From assembly GCA_043228905.1 (NCBI GenBank), contig JBHGNT010000016.1:7502001-7566000 (forward strand): a DNA stretch of 64,000 nt, written 5' to 3'. Positions 12,224 through 24,414 of this stretch are shown here, in pieces. The stretch's first letter is position 1. Each line of letters opens with the position of its first letter. This stretch comes from Azolla caroliniana (lineage: Eukaryota > Plantae > Polypodiophyta). Under the pieces are notes generated by a model, which was given only the letters and a program-made list of their open reading frames with translations, was not told the DNA's origin and searched no databases. Position numbers and translations under genes: made by a program.

Positions 12224-13553
12224 GTACATGGGTAGTGGAACATGTTGAATTGCCAATAGGCAAGATGAACACTCCAATGAAGAAAGAATTTCCACTTACT
12301 CCAATAAAGAAATTTGCCATATTAGTAGATATGCTTTGACTCCATGCCTCTCTCTCTCTCTCTCTCTTGGAAAGTGTGCATCCCTAAGTTCGTTTATAAA
12401 GAGCTTGAAAATGTTCAAACATGTTTCCTTACATAGTTTCTCTAAGTTAAAAAAACAAATGTCATGCACCATGGGCACTCGTTGAGCGGGGATCACTTCT
12501 TATTGATGTTATGGCCATGGAAAGGGGTATTGAGCACATGCATACGGTTCAAAAAAATCCCTTCACATCGACTTCCTAGCATTACATGGGAAACAAGCCA
12601 AAAAGTTCAAAAGACACATAAAAGTAATTTCTTTTTGTTCCACTTGGATATAAGATATGAAAAAATGGTTTGGAAGATGGGATGCAACGTACTTCCTTCA
12701 TGATGCATTATATAAATTCATTTTTGAATGAGGCCTTTTTGCAACACCAATGTTTCATGATACGAGAAAAATCTAGAGATTTGCGCTTCACACATTATAC
12801 TGTACATGTATTGCACCTAACCACAAAACCATATTTTCTTCAAATGGGGAAATCACATGCATTGATTCGTGTCAAAGCGCATTGTGTTGTTTGTCATCCC
12901 AACCATTGCTCTTGTACGTTTTAGTTTCACTTGTTTTTATGATGCATCAATAGATTTCTGCATGGATATATCTTTCTTGAAATGCTAATGTATTGTTATG
13001 GAGGTTCATGTTTAACATATTATGTCACATGTGTTGCACCAAACTGTAAATCCATTTTTCTATTCAAACGAGGAAACCAATTCATTGATAAATGTTAGAG
13101 CCCATCCCTTTGTCTACCGTTTATACCATTGCATTCATACAATGTGCCTAACATACTCTTCAATTTGAGATGAGACATTAAGGGATTAGTGACAAAATTA
13201 ATCAATTATGCATAAAATTCCCTGAACAAGCTCTTGAGTTGGAGTGTTACACTTTGTTACGATGTTCCACTATTGAATGTATAGGTCTTTTCTTTCCACG
13301 TAGTGTCAATCCAATCCAATCAATCTCTATAAACATTTCTCTCATAATCACAAATATGTATTGTGTGTATGTGTGTTTCCTTCACATAAGATATATACAT
13401 GCATACATGATTTATAAGTTGTGTGGGAACTACATACTAAGTTCCTAATTATTTATGAGTCTCATGTCTGAATACATAATTTATGATATCATTCCTTTTT
13501 TTGTATATAAAGAACAAGTGAACATACAATTGAAATCACACCCTTATTACAGG

Positions 13554-13980
13554 ACAATGCTAAATATAGCTATTGCAAAGTGTGTGGCTAAAGTTCATTG
13601 CAATGTAGCTCATAGGCTCAATTTCCAATGTGTCATTGATGGCATCATACCTAAACATATGTATGTCCTTATTTTGACAAGGCTTCCAATATAATTTTAG
13701 CATGTTTAACTCAGAATGGAGGTTCAAATAATTAAACTATCTTTATAACAAAGTACAATGTTTTTAAAACAATGCTAAATAAAGCTATTACAAGATGTGG
13801 GTAAAATTCAGTGCAATGAAGCATAGGCTCAATTTCCAATAGGTCATTGATGGTATCATCCCTAAACATATGCATGTCCTCATTCTCACGAGGCTACCGA
13901 TATTTTTTGAGCATTTTAAACTCAAAATAGAAGTCCGCCAAATAATTATGTTCTCTTTATAGCAAAGTACAATGTTTTTA
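13554..13980. repeat. Diverged ~215-bp tandem duplication
   Basis: acaatgctaaat.agctatt...ttca.tgcaatg...ataggctcaatttccaat at 13554 and 13769; both copies end in aaagtacaatgttttta. Confidence 0.8.
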
Positions 13981-15577
13981 TGCAGTCACTTCCAATAATG
14001 TATATAGTGGCAGTATGTACGATAGATTGGGGGCTTTTTCTAGGATAATGAATTCCATTATCCATTTAAGGTAAAGAGATGCTACTATTTTGTGAATATT
14101 GTGATTCTTGAAAGTAGACAATAATGAACCTATTATTCATTGATACCTTAATAGTAGGAGAACCAAGTGTTCAAGGATACCATGATAATGGAAGATAATG
14201 ACATATCAACGCAAATTGTCAATGTAGGTTTGCATTTGTTTCATAAGGCACAATGTAGTAGAATAAAATTTGAAAGAAGATTCCACAAAAATACAACATT
14301 GCCTATTCATTGCCAAATTGAATGAATGATTATAAATATAATCACCAAGGACCCCATCTAAGACGAAAAGCTAAAGCATACATATTCTTGTGCAACCTTA
14401 AAGAACACTAAAGAGTTATAACGTCTTTAAAATAAGAGAACCTTTAGATATTCTTTTTAGTTGACAGATCACAACTTTGGCGCTCTCTATAAGCTGATGT
14501 AATTTCAATTTGGGTCTATCAAATTAAAATGAAATTTGGTTTAAACATGAGTATTTTCAACTATCATAGTGCTCTACCTCAAAGTATAACTTAGATGGAT
14601 ATGACCGAATTGCTTCCATCGGTATCATCAATGATGCCAAAGGTGGCAATAACACAAAATAATGAAGATCAAATCAAGTAAATTGTGTTCGTGTTTCAAA
14701 CACTTAAATCTAAACATAATTTTATAAAACATGAATTGCCTCCCAACTATCATGAAATTATTGGATACTCCATGAAATTTTAGAATGTGTATAATTTAAA
14801 GCTCATAAAGTTTATTGAAGTTCCTCAAAAGAGCGTTAAAGGAAGGCATCAAAGGGTAACACCAAATTCTACCGTGGTGTTGAGATTCAAGACTGTAATT
14901 GAGTGAGAATCTATAAGCATTAATCAAACTCTTTCTTTTTCTACACCTTCAACGTGCATGCTTCAACCCCCTATCTCTCCTTATATTTAAATCAGAACAT
15001 GATTTGCTTTCTTTCTTTGTAAACTCATAACTCATAGTCTCTTCTTCCTCTCTAAAATCACAAATCTCTGTCTTAGGAAAGGTTGGTGTCTTTAGAGATG
15101 TTGACATACTCTTTGGGGAATTTCTTTTGGGAGCAAGTGGAGTTGAAGTCCTATTCAAGAGGCAAGCTTTCTTGTATGAAGGTGAGCTTTTGGCCGAGAT
15201 TGATGAGCTTAAAATGCTTGCTTTTTTCTCTCCATGACCCATGCATGCATCATTCGTGATTATGGATGACCCTTCATGACACATCTATGTGTGACAACCA
15301 TATGGCATTACTCATATGTACAAGTATGGTAGTTAGATGAATGCAAAAGGTTTTTACACAAAGTAGGGGTTTGCAATATATGCACTTTTACCAAATGAGC
15401 TATCAATCCTTCTTGAAGAGATACATAATTCCCCTTACATCATCTTCATATGTGTAGTGTCCAAAAGTTTTTGGAACACTGCATAACCTATATATAGTGT
15501 GACACTATGCACATTCCCATCCTATGGAGTGGCGTGATTAATAGTTGGTCGAGAATTTAAGAACTATAAATAGAGGC

Positions 15578-15885
15578 TAGGAGTTGACAACGGCTTGGCT
15601 CAAGCCTGAACTAAGTCGTTAAATTGTTTTTAAACGGTTTGGCACTTTGGTTTCATTTGGTTCAAACTTGTGTCTCTTCAACCGGTTTGAGCTCGACTTA
15701 ACAAGGCTCAAGTTGAACCAAACCATTTAGGGCCAAACTAGTTAAGGCTTAAACAATTTGGCAAAACTGGTTAAAGCCTTAACATGTTTAGGAACCAATT
15801 CGGTTCAAGTTTGAAAACTCTCAAATCGGTTAAGGCTTAACCAGAATAGGTTAATAAGTTGAAACCGAATAGTTGTCAATTCCTA
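15578..15885. mobile_element. hAT-superfamily MITE (308 bp)
   Basis: TIRs TAGGAGTTGACAAC / GTTGTCAATTCCTA (1 mismatch), exact 8-bp TSD ATAGAGGC (15570-15577 and 15886-15893), internal AACC/GGTT subterminal repeats. Confidence 0.9.
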
Positions 15886-18129
15886 ATAGAGGCACCTCAT
15901 TCTTGTTGAACCATTCTGACTCAATTGGCAATCTTGAGCCTTTATGTGTTGTATTTTGCTTGCATTTTGACTATTATATTCTCGAGTATGGATTAGATAT
16001 ATTGCCAATTGTTTAAAAGTTTCTTCCATATTTTCATGAAGTTTCCTTGTTTTATTGTATGTCATGACAAATTGAACTATAATCTGTTAGCCTCACTTGT
16101 TTGCTTAGAGCCTAAGCTCAATTTTCTTGAGACATTTGATAACACTTAGGCTAACCTATAGGAGTTCTCAAATGAAATCTGATTGACTATTTGACTCCAC
16201 CCCATTGATATCTAATGAATCATGTCCAAGTTGGTCTCATTGGTTCTCTTTGTTGGCATAAAAGGCCGACTCCTTCCACTTTGTATCCATACAAGTGTGA
16301 ACACATCCAAATAGTTAGGGCTTGAGTATATAAACTCTAACCTAACATTGTAACGAAGATGATCAATCTTGAGTCTTGTAGAGAGAGAGTTATAGAGAAA
16401 TAGAGAACTTCCATTGAAGCTCTAACTATGTTTACTGCGTCTATCTTCTTCTTCTTATCACTACATATCTGTGTTGTTTGATGTGGATAGAAAGACAGGT
16501 TCTCATACATGCCATACTTCCGCACATATATCTGAACATATAACAACGAGTGGTATCAGAGCAAGGTTACTATTCAACGGTGCCGAATAGAAGAAAAACC
16601 AAGAAGAGGAAACCCCACAGTTGAAAGAAAAGACCAGGTCCATGGCTTCAACATCTGGACCAGGAGTTGAAATCCGAAAGTTCGACGACAAAAACTTTGC
16701 CTTGTGGAAGGAGATGATGCAAGACATGCTGATCATTCGAAGACAGGTCGAAGCCATTTGACATAGCGAAAAACCTGCTTCAATGTCAGCCAAGAGTGGA
16801 AATCAATAAACGAGATCGCACACTCCACCATTCAGTATGGCAAAGGAGATAGCAATGGGCACGGTTTCGGCTCAAACCGAACCGAACCGATAAACTGTGG
16901 CTTAACGGTTTTTCGGTTCAAAATTAAATAATGAGTTTGGTTTGGTTTAAAGAATGTAAGTTTGGTTTGGTTTCGGTTCAGTTCGGTTTAACATTTATCG
17001 GTTTATCGGTTTATTGGTTTTATTGGTTTAATGGTTTCTATTAATTTGGTTCGGTTTATAGGTTTATAGGTTCTTACCCTACCCCTAAATTTTCAATTTT
17101 ATAAATTATACCCTTCCTATTTTTACTATGGGCATTTGCCATTGGGCATTGGGTAATAGTCTATAGACCTAAAGGCTAAGACTACTATCGAACAGAAGGG
17201 ATTAAGGAGGCGCACTACGCAGGCGGCACTGTTCAGGCAGAGGCGGCAACGACCAATCACCACTTCATTGCTCTTCAAACTCCAGAGTGCATACTTCTAA
17301 CTTCTAAGTTCTAATCGTGTTGTTTTCTCCACTCCTCAATTATTCATACTCCAGTCCTCTTATTGTTGCTATTGCTGCCTATAACACAGGTATGATTCAT
17401 CTCTGAATCTAAAGTTGAATCAGGTCCATTTCCACCATTTGTTCACCCAAAAGAAAACATGGATGTCTCCTAATTGCTGCAAATCAAACGAGAAAACCCT
17501 TTGTTTGAGAGAGAATATAGACATAATGATCTAGGGCCATGAAGAAATGATGATAATAAATACTGTCACACACATGTCTCATGTTTTATTTTCTCTAATG
17601 GCACTAGAATTCTAAGAGTTTGGATGTCCATAAGCTTAAAGGGTCTTAAGTGCATGATGCATCCACCTCATAAAAAGCTCTTTTTTTCAAACACACAATC
17701 ATCAAAAGCTTTGTTTTTCATGATTATCAGAATTTTTTTCTACAGGCAGAGAATGAGATTTTTTATGTCAATCCATTTCTCTTTCATATCCTAATTTACT
17801 GATCCGTGAGGGTAAAATTTAGCAACACGTAATGTTTTTCTTTCACAATTCTATTATATTTAAATGCAGACCGTGCTGAAGCAAAAACACTTAGTCTCTG
17901 AACAAAAAAAAGTGATCACAATGAATTCACTTGCCAATGTCGAGAAGAAAGTAACCCCCTTTGATGTTTTGTGAGCCTATTGCCAAATTAGTATTTGGCT
18001 ACTAAATTATTTTCAAAATGATCTCATGTGGTTTTCGCAACTCAAATTTTTGCCACACAATTAACATTACAAAGGATAAGATTTGAATTGAGGTACATTT
18101 TATTCGTGAGAAACCCACACCCATGTTTA

Positions 18130-18955
18130 AGAGAATGATTTCCCAAAATAAGAATTATGCCAATCTAATTTTGTCCTAACTCAGTTGAATCTAAGGGCTT
18201 TGATCCAGTTTTCTCCCTTTCTGCAATGAATACATTCTACTCGTTCACATTCTGATCATTTTGCAAGTCCATGCCAGAATCACCCATGCTATTGTCGATC
18301 TGAGTCTTTCCTAATGTGGAAATCGGCCCCAATATGGTCAAATTTGGGGTCTCTTTTTCATTTTCCTCCTTGTTAGCAAATCTGAAGACATTTTGCTCCT
18401 CGGCATTGGAACCATTTCCAGAATTGGTAATGGTATTACCAATCTAAGCTTGTCCTAACCTAGTTGAATCTATGGGCTTTGACCCAATTTTCTCTCTTTC
18501 TGCAATGAATACATTCTGGTCATTCACATCTTGATCATTTTGCAAATCCATGCCAGAGTCAACCATGGCATTGTCGATTTGAGTTTTTCCTAATGTGGAA
18601 ATTGACCCTAATATGGTTTAATTTGGGGTCTGTGATTCATTTTCCTCCTTATCTGTAAATCTGAAGATATTTTGCTCATTAACTTCTTCATCATTTTGCA
18701 ATGTGGACATTGACCCTAATCCAGTTTTTCCTAATGTGGAAATTGACCCTAATCCAGTTTTATCCCTTTTTGCATCTAAAACATTTTGCTCATTAACTTC
18801 TTGATCATTTTGCAAGACCATTCCAGATTCAACAATGGCACTGTTAATCTAAGTTTGTTCTAATGTCAAAATTGATTCTCTTTCTGCATTCAAATCATTT
18901 TGATAAGGTGAATCTGATTCATGGTAGGTAAAATTGAAGGTTTTTAGCAAAGAAA
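18130..18955 (-). pseudogene. Decayed acidic repeat-protein coding sequence inside the hAT, antisense to the transposase
   Basis: 279-bp (93-codon) tandem units at 18160 and 18439 plus partial units. Minus-strand translation repeats STLGKTQIDN.M.DSGMDLQNDQ.VN.QNVF.AEREK.GSKP, with a few TAG/TAA stops. Confidence 0.55.
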
Positions 18956-19481
18956 CTTGTAGATATGTTCAAAGAAACATGATAAAATGTTATACCTCTA
19001 GTTTCCACCCGATATGTTCAACTAAACTATGTTCAGAAATAGCACTGATTATTTGGCTATCAAAATTGTGTACATATATTGGCTTGATTTGATTATCAAG
19101 GTCCAAACTTACGTGCTCTGATTGAAGTTATCTCCGCAATAATTAACCCTAGCTCTATTTATTTCTAGCTTCATAATAAGCTTTTTATGCATACATATTT
19201 TGCATTGGATTGTTGAACTATACTCGTAAAGACAACTGATGTATTAACATGTACAATCTTTCTTTCTCTGAAGTGTAACAATGTGTTAACATGTCTTCTT
19301 TCTCTGAAGTGTTTATAACAATTTGGAATTATGGTCTTGTAGAATGTTTGCCATTGGACACAATGGTTGTTTTTCTGTTCTTAGCTAACTTAGCAAACTT
19401 TCTATTTCATTTATTTATCTCATTATCATGTATTTGAAATGTGCTAATTGAGTTAATTGAATTTTATAGGAACACCATAAA

Positions 19482-21586
19482 ATGGAATCATCATCTCAAA
19501 CTAATGTTGCAGTGGACTCATCTTCAATTGATGTTAGCCGTGGGTCAACAAGTAGCTCAAGAAAAAGGCAACGCACATCATGGACAGATGCTCACATCAT
19601 ATTTTATATGGATAATGGCACACCTCGACGACGATGCCATCATTGCCATGTTTGTTGGTCTTCTACAACATCCACAGGCACTATAGCTAAACATTTAGTA
19701 GAAAAGCATCGTTTATCAAGCGACCTTGACCAAAATTCAGGTATATCACAACACATTCAATCTTCAATTGAGTCTGCTAGAGTATCTCATGTTTTAGAGA
19801 AGAAAATTGATGCTGCCATCATGAAGTATATTGTGAAGGGAACATTGCCCCATGCACATGTGGAATCACTTGAATTTAAGGAGTTCATACAACAAATTGT
19901 ACCCAGATATCAAGTAAAGAGAAGACGCACGATTAAGCGTTCCATCCTAGAAATGTATGTGGTGTTGCGTCATCAAGTGATTGATTTGCTATCGAAATGC
20001 CAATCAAGATTTTCCATAACTTTTGATGGTTGGTCAAATTGTAGTTTGAAGGGCTTCTACTCAGTGACACTTCATTGGGCATGTCATGAGACAGCAAGGT
20101 CGAGGTCAATGTTATTGGATTTTGTGCATGTATTTCCAGGTGTTGGATCAGGGAAGCGTTGTGCACATGCCCTCTTTGCTCGACTTTGATCCTTTGATAT
20201 TTCTAGTCACCTCTTAGCTACAATTTTTGATGGAGCGAGTGATGCACGAGTAGCTGCAAAGGAGTTGAGCATGTTGTTACAAGATGAGCATGGTAAGGAA
20301 ATTTTGGCTCCATCACATATGTTAAGATGTATGGTACACACTTTTCAGTTGGGTATCAAGGCAACATTAGAGGTTATCTCACCCTCAACAGAAAAGTTGA
20401 GAACAATGCTCCATACTATTAGATCTAGCAAGGTTCGAAGGGAAGTGTTTAGGAAGCATGCTAGGATGGTTGAACATCATGAAAGGGAACCCCCAAGGCT
20501 TGATGTTGTTACAAGATGGAATTCTACCTTGGAAATGTTTAGGCAAGTTATCAGGGATAGAGATGTATTGAATTTTACAATTTCAGATTTAACAATATCA
20601 AGTGATTTCAATGGTTATGTCTTGACCGGAGAAGATTGGAGTCACATACATGCCATGGCGGAATGGCTAGATACACCGGCCGAGGTTTCTACTTTTCTGG
20701 GAGGGTCAAGATATCCTACATTATCACTAGCATCGCTAGCATATAATTGTTTACTAAATCATTACAATCAATTTTTAGATTCTTCACTTCCAGGATCATC
20801 TAGATTCACACAAGAGGTGCTTCAAAGAGCATCTGAGAACTGCTTACAATATTTAATTAAGTATCAAGAATCGTTAAAGTCTATTCCATCTCGCATAACA
20901 ATGTTTCTTGATCCCAGGTAATGCTTACCTTTATATCTTACAATTATCATCATGATTTCTGATTTTTTATTTGAGTTTAAAACCGTTTTATTTGTTTTGT
21001 AGATTGCCTCTTCCAAATGATCATACAGAAAGAGAGTTAGATATTAAGTTGGTTGAAAGCATGATTGAGTCCCATTATCACTCATTCACGAGTGATGTTG
21101 AACCACCTTCAGCTTCAACCACAATACATGAAAATGATAAGAACTCTAAAATTTGGACGTTAATGGGTGTAAATAATAAAAGTCTTGTTTCTGATTCACG
21201 GTCAGAAATTGAGCACTTTATGAGACTTCCTTCGGCTGACACAGACAAGGATCCTTTACAATGGTGGAATGATAATAAATCGGCAATGCTTTCACTATAT
21301 AGGATGGCATGTGATTACCTCACTATACCAGCATCATTAGTACCTGCTGAAGAGGCTAATTCGGCAACAAAAATGACCTTTGATAACAGGATCAAACTAC
21401 ATTCGTGCACTTTCAAAGCTGAAATGTGCATTTGATCATGGATGAATGTTTTAAAAGAATGTAATGTTCAGTTGATAGATAATTTTCACACCACTTATGC
21501 AGAACTAACAATGAATTTGGATGATCTTGTTGCTGAAGATGAGGTAATAGATTACATATTACATGATAGTCAAAGGAAAATTAAGG
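19482..21586 (+). pseudogene. hAT transposase (BED zinc finger, DDE core, dimerisation domain) with two nonsense codons and one intron
   Basis: BED motif RCHHC..TGTIAKHLVEKH, ITFDGW, DGASD, RCMVH, VTRWNST, DPLQWW, YLTIPAS.VPAEEANS. ORFs 19482-20189 and 20265-20921 share a frame (TGA at 20187). Intron 20918-21002 is GT..AG. TGA at 21433 lies in MCI*SW. Confidence 0.93.
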
Positions 21587-22510
21587 TGTGCATACTTGTT
21601 ACTTGGTTGTTTTTTATTTGAGTCTTTACTTAAAATATTTTTATTAATAATTACTTACTTGTTTTTATGTATTTTATATGTACAGGAATCATGTTGATTT
21701 TTGGCAAGTTAATGACAATAGTGTTTGCAATTGGAGATCTTCAAAGTCATTGTAATTTTTATTACATATTAATTACTATTTTGTTTTTTATTCGATTCTT
21801 TAAATTTGTTATTACGAATTACTTAAGTCTTTTGCGTATTTTATACTTTCAGGAATCCCTTATTCAAACATTGGAAACAAAAGGCTGGATTAAGTTTACA
21901 TATATGGTCCTATGGATTTGGAACTCTATTATATGGATTGTTGTTCTTAAGTTACATATATGGATTTCAACATATATAGATTTGAAGTTTGAACTCTATT
22001 GTATGGATTTTTGTTATCATTCCAAAAAACATTTATCTTTTTATGTTATATATTATCATTTTTCACAAATTAGCAATTTTTAGAAAATGTGTTGTAAATT
22101 TATGTTATTTTATAGTGTTCTAGTCTTTGATTTGGTTCAATTTATAGTTTCGTGTTGGTTGGATTATGTCAAAAATAATTTGGTTTGGTTTAGTTATGAT
22201 GTATGATCAACTGGTTTGGTTTTGATTTTTGATAAACTGGTTTGGTTTGGTTCTACATTTTACGTAAACGGTTTGGTTTCTCCTACATATTAAACGGTTT
22301 GGTTTAAATGGTTTGGTTTAAATGGCTTTAAAATTTTCAAATGGTTTGGTTTGGTTTGGTTTGGTTTTAATGTTAAGAAACCGAACTGAACCGAAACCGA
22401 ACCGCGCCCATTGCTAAAAGGAGACGACAACATTCTCGTTGTGGGAGAAGTTATAGGAGGTATATGAAAAGAAGTCTTCGGGAAGTGGCCAGAGTTTTGT
22501 TAGAATACGG

Positions 22511-23295
22511 TGTCGGGATATTATGCAAATGCGTGTGGAAACGAGGCGGGACCGCGGGGGTCTCGAACCAAAGAGCAAGCAAGGGAGGAGAAAGAGAGAG
22601 AACCGGCTACGCGGGACCGGGGATACGCAGGGACACGGCCCTCAGCACGGAGAACGCGACAGACACCGACACAGACAGATGCGAATGGCTAGATATGTAT
22701 ATTAACAAAATGGCTAGCACGACTACAACCCTCGATGGGGCGCAGGTTGGTTACAACTGAACAGGCCGGCGAACAGATGCCGATGCCTGTTCGCTTCGAC
22801 GCACAAAGGGGAGGGTGCAGGCCGGAGGTGCTGCCGGAAGCACTCGGGCGTTCCTCGAAACAGCGCGAGCCTCCTCGGAACCCTGCACAGAAAGCTATGG
22901 AGCTCAGGAAGGAAGGAAACAGAGAGAGAAGCGTCCGGAAACGGTCCGACAGCACTTCGTCCTCTCTCCGCGAGATTCCTGCAACAGCTCTTTCCTGCTC
23001 CTTTTATAGGCCGTTGAGCAGGCCGTCGCGTCAGCTTTATTCCCTGTCCCTTTTTGAGCAGGGATCTCCTCTGTCCTTCACGCATCCGCGTAGTTACGCC
23101 GCCGACTCGTACAGTTCGCGCGCGTGACCGAAAAGACTGTTCGCGCGGTCTTTGTCTCCACTCGTGTTAGGGCCCGTTCTTGCCGATTATCCTCCTAATT
23201 CGATTCTATGTACAACTTGGAGCGTGCGCGCGTGAGGAACCGGTTCCCACGCCTCGGTGCGCCGATTCCGCTTAGGGACGGTTTTCTCCACGACA
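22511..23295 (-). mobile_element. GC-rich solo LTR (785 bp) with a 4-bp TSD
   Basis: Termini TGTCG...CGACA, flanked by ACGG on both sides (22507-22510, 23296-23299). TATA-like CCTATAAAAGG on the minus strand near 23000. Removing it rejoins an ORF (LLEYG|YVHPRP). Confidence 0.8.
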
Positions 23296-24414
23296 ACGGG
23301 TATGTACATCCCCGACCACTCACCATACCAAAGAATAGGGCTGGATTCATCATGGCAACCTTCGAGGGCTTGAAGGTGGATTGGCGCTTGATCATCGCAG
23401 ACTCACTCCGGACAACGATTTCAACGGTGGCTGATGGAAAGAAGGCGTGGACCGGAGTCGCGAAGTGGTTGACAGTACTTGTGACACCAACACGCGCCAT
23501 CAAGCCAAAGAAGAGGGTACGAGTAGAAACAGTGTCGACACAACCGTCCGGCAGTAGCTTCTGGCAAAGCCTACCGCCGGATGGACAACAGAGGTATCCC
23601 GGCAAGCGGAAACAATTCCGAAGGCCAGAAGAGAAGAACTAGCTAGACCGGTAAAACCCACTCGAATCAAGCTACGAAGGCAAGATTGGGAAGAGCAGTC
23701 GGAACCTGTGCCCAGGGCACACCAGGAGAAGGTTGAAGATGAGTTGGAAGAAGAAGAAAAAGAACCTTTTCACATGCCTCCTAGAACATGGCACAAAGAG
23801 CAACATGGGGACGGATCAGGTCCGGAGAAGGACAATATACCGATCACCTGCTTAGCGGTGGTGGAGCCAAAGCCGACTGAGCATGCTGAGAAGGAGAAAC
23901 CAGAAACGGTTGAGAAGGTTCCATTGGAACTAGAGACAGAAAGAGTAACGCAACCGGGTTCGACACAACAACAATAGAATGAGGCAGAAAGGCCAAAACT
24001 GGTGATAGAAGAACCAGTAATACATAGCTTAGGGACATAACAGGGAGAAATGTCGGAAGCTGTATAGCAACCTGTTGCACTCACACAACACGGAACCTGC
24101 TAACAATGGTTAGAATGGTTGGGAAAGTAGGTTTCCAGTGTGCTTGACTAGGTTAAAGCGGAACAACAAGTATGGAGAAGCGGGCACACACCAGTAAAAT
24201 GGTTATTGGCGGTAATTATGGAATTACAGAAGGCCCGAAATCAGATCCGGATTTTCAGAAGAAGAGTTGGCAAGGGCCAAGGAATTAGTGGACATTATGA
24301 AAAACATGGGGCAAGGAACCAACACAGAAATGGAGCTAGAAAGAAGACAGGAAGAAGCCCCAGTCAAACAAATAGAACCGGTGGCTAGCACAACACTGGA
24401 AAGAGAGCACGAGT

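Larger units (their letters stand above)
16850..22416 (+). mobile_element. Full-length hAT DNA transposon (5567 bp)
   Basis: TIRs TAGCAATGGGCACGGTT / AACCGCGCCCATTGCTA, exact 8-bp TSD AAAGGAGA (16842-16849 and 22417-22424), dense AACCG/TTTGG subterminal repeats at both ends, internal transposase. Confidence 0.96.
16349..22477 (+). mobile_element. 5' remnant of a Ty1/copia element (short LTR, PBS, gag start) split by the hAT insertion
   Basis: PBS TGGTATCAGAGC at 16551-16562. gag MASTSGPGVEIRKFDDKNFALWKEMMQD from about 16642, resuming after the hAT as KETTTFSLWEKL*EVYEKKSS (22417-22480). LTR start is approximate. Confidence 0.75.

Noticed and set aside
12780-13150. Diverged ~224-bp duplication whose minus strand gives V(R/W)CNTC zinc-finger-like words
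   Set aside because: Too degenerate (stops and frameshifts) to assign without a database search.
14949-15284. 111-aa Ser/Lys-rich minus-strand ORF
   Set aside because: No recognisable domain, flanking frames are full of stops and no convincing splice partners were found; possibly an old TE relic.
21667-22083. 138-aa hydrophobic ORF resembling a membrane protein
   Set aside because: It is the T-rich 3' intron/UTR region of the hAT element, so the hydrophobicity is compositional.
23208-23295. ATG start (MYNLERARV...) of the env-like ORF
   Set aside because: This segment belongs to the inserted solo LTR; the true upstream frame is at 22478-22510.
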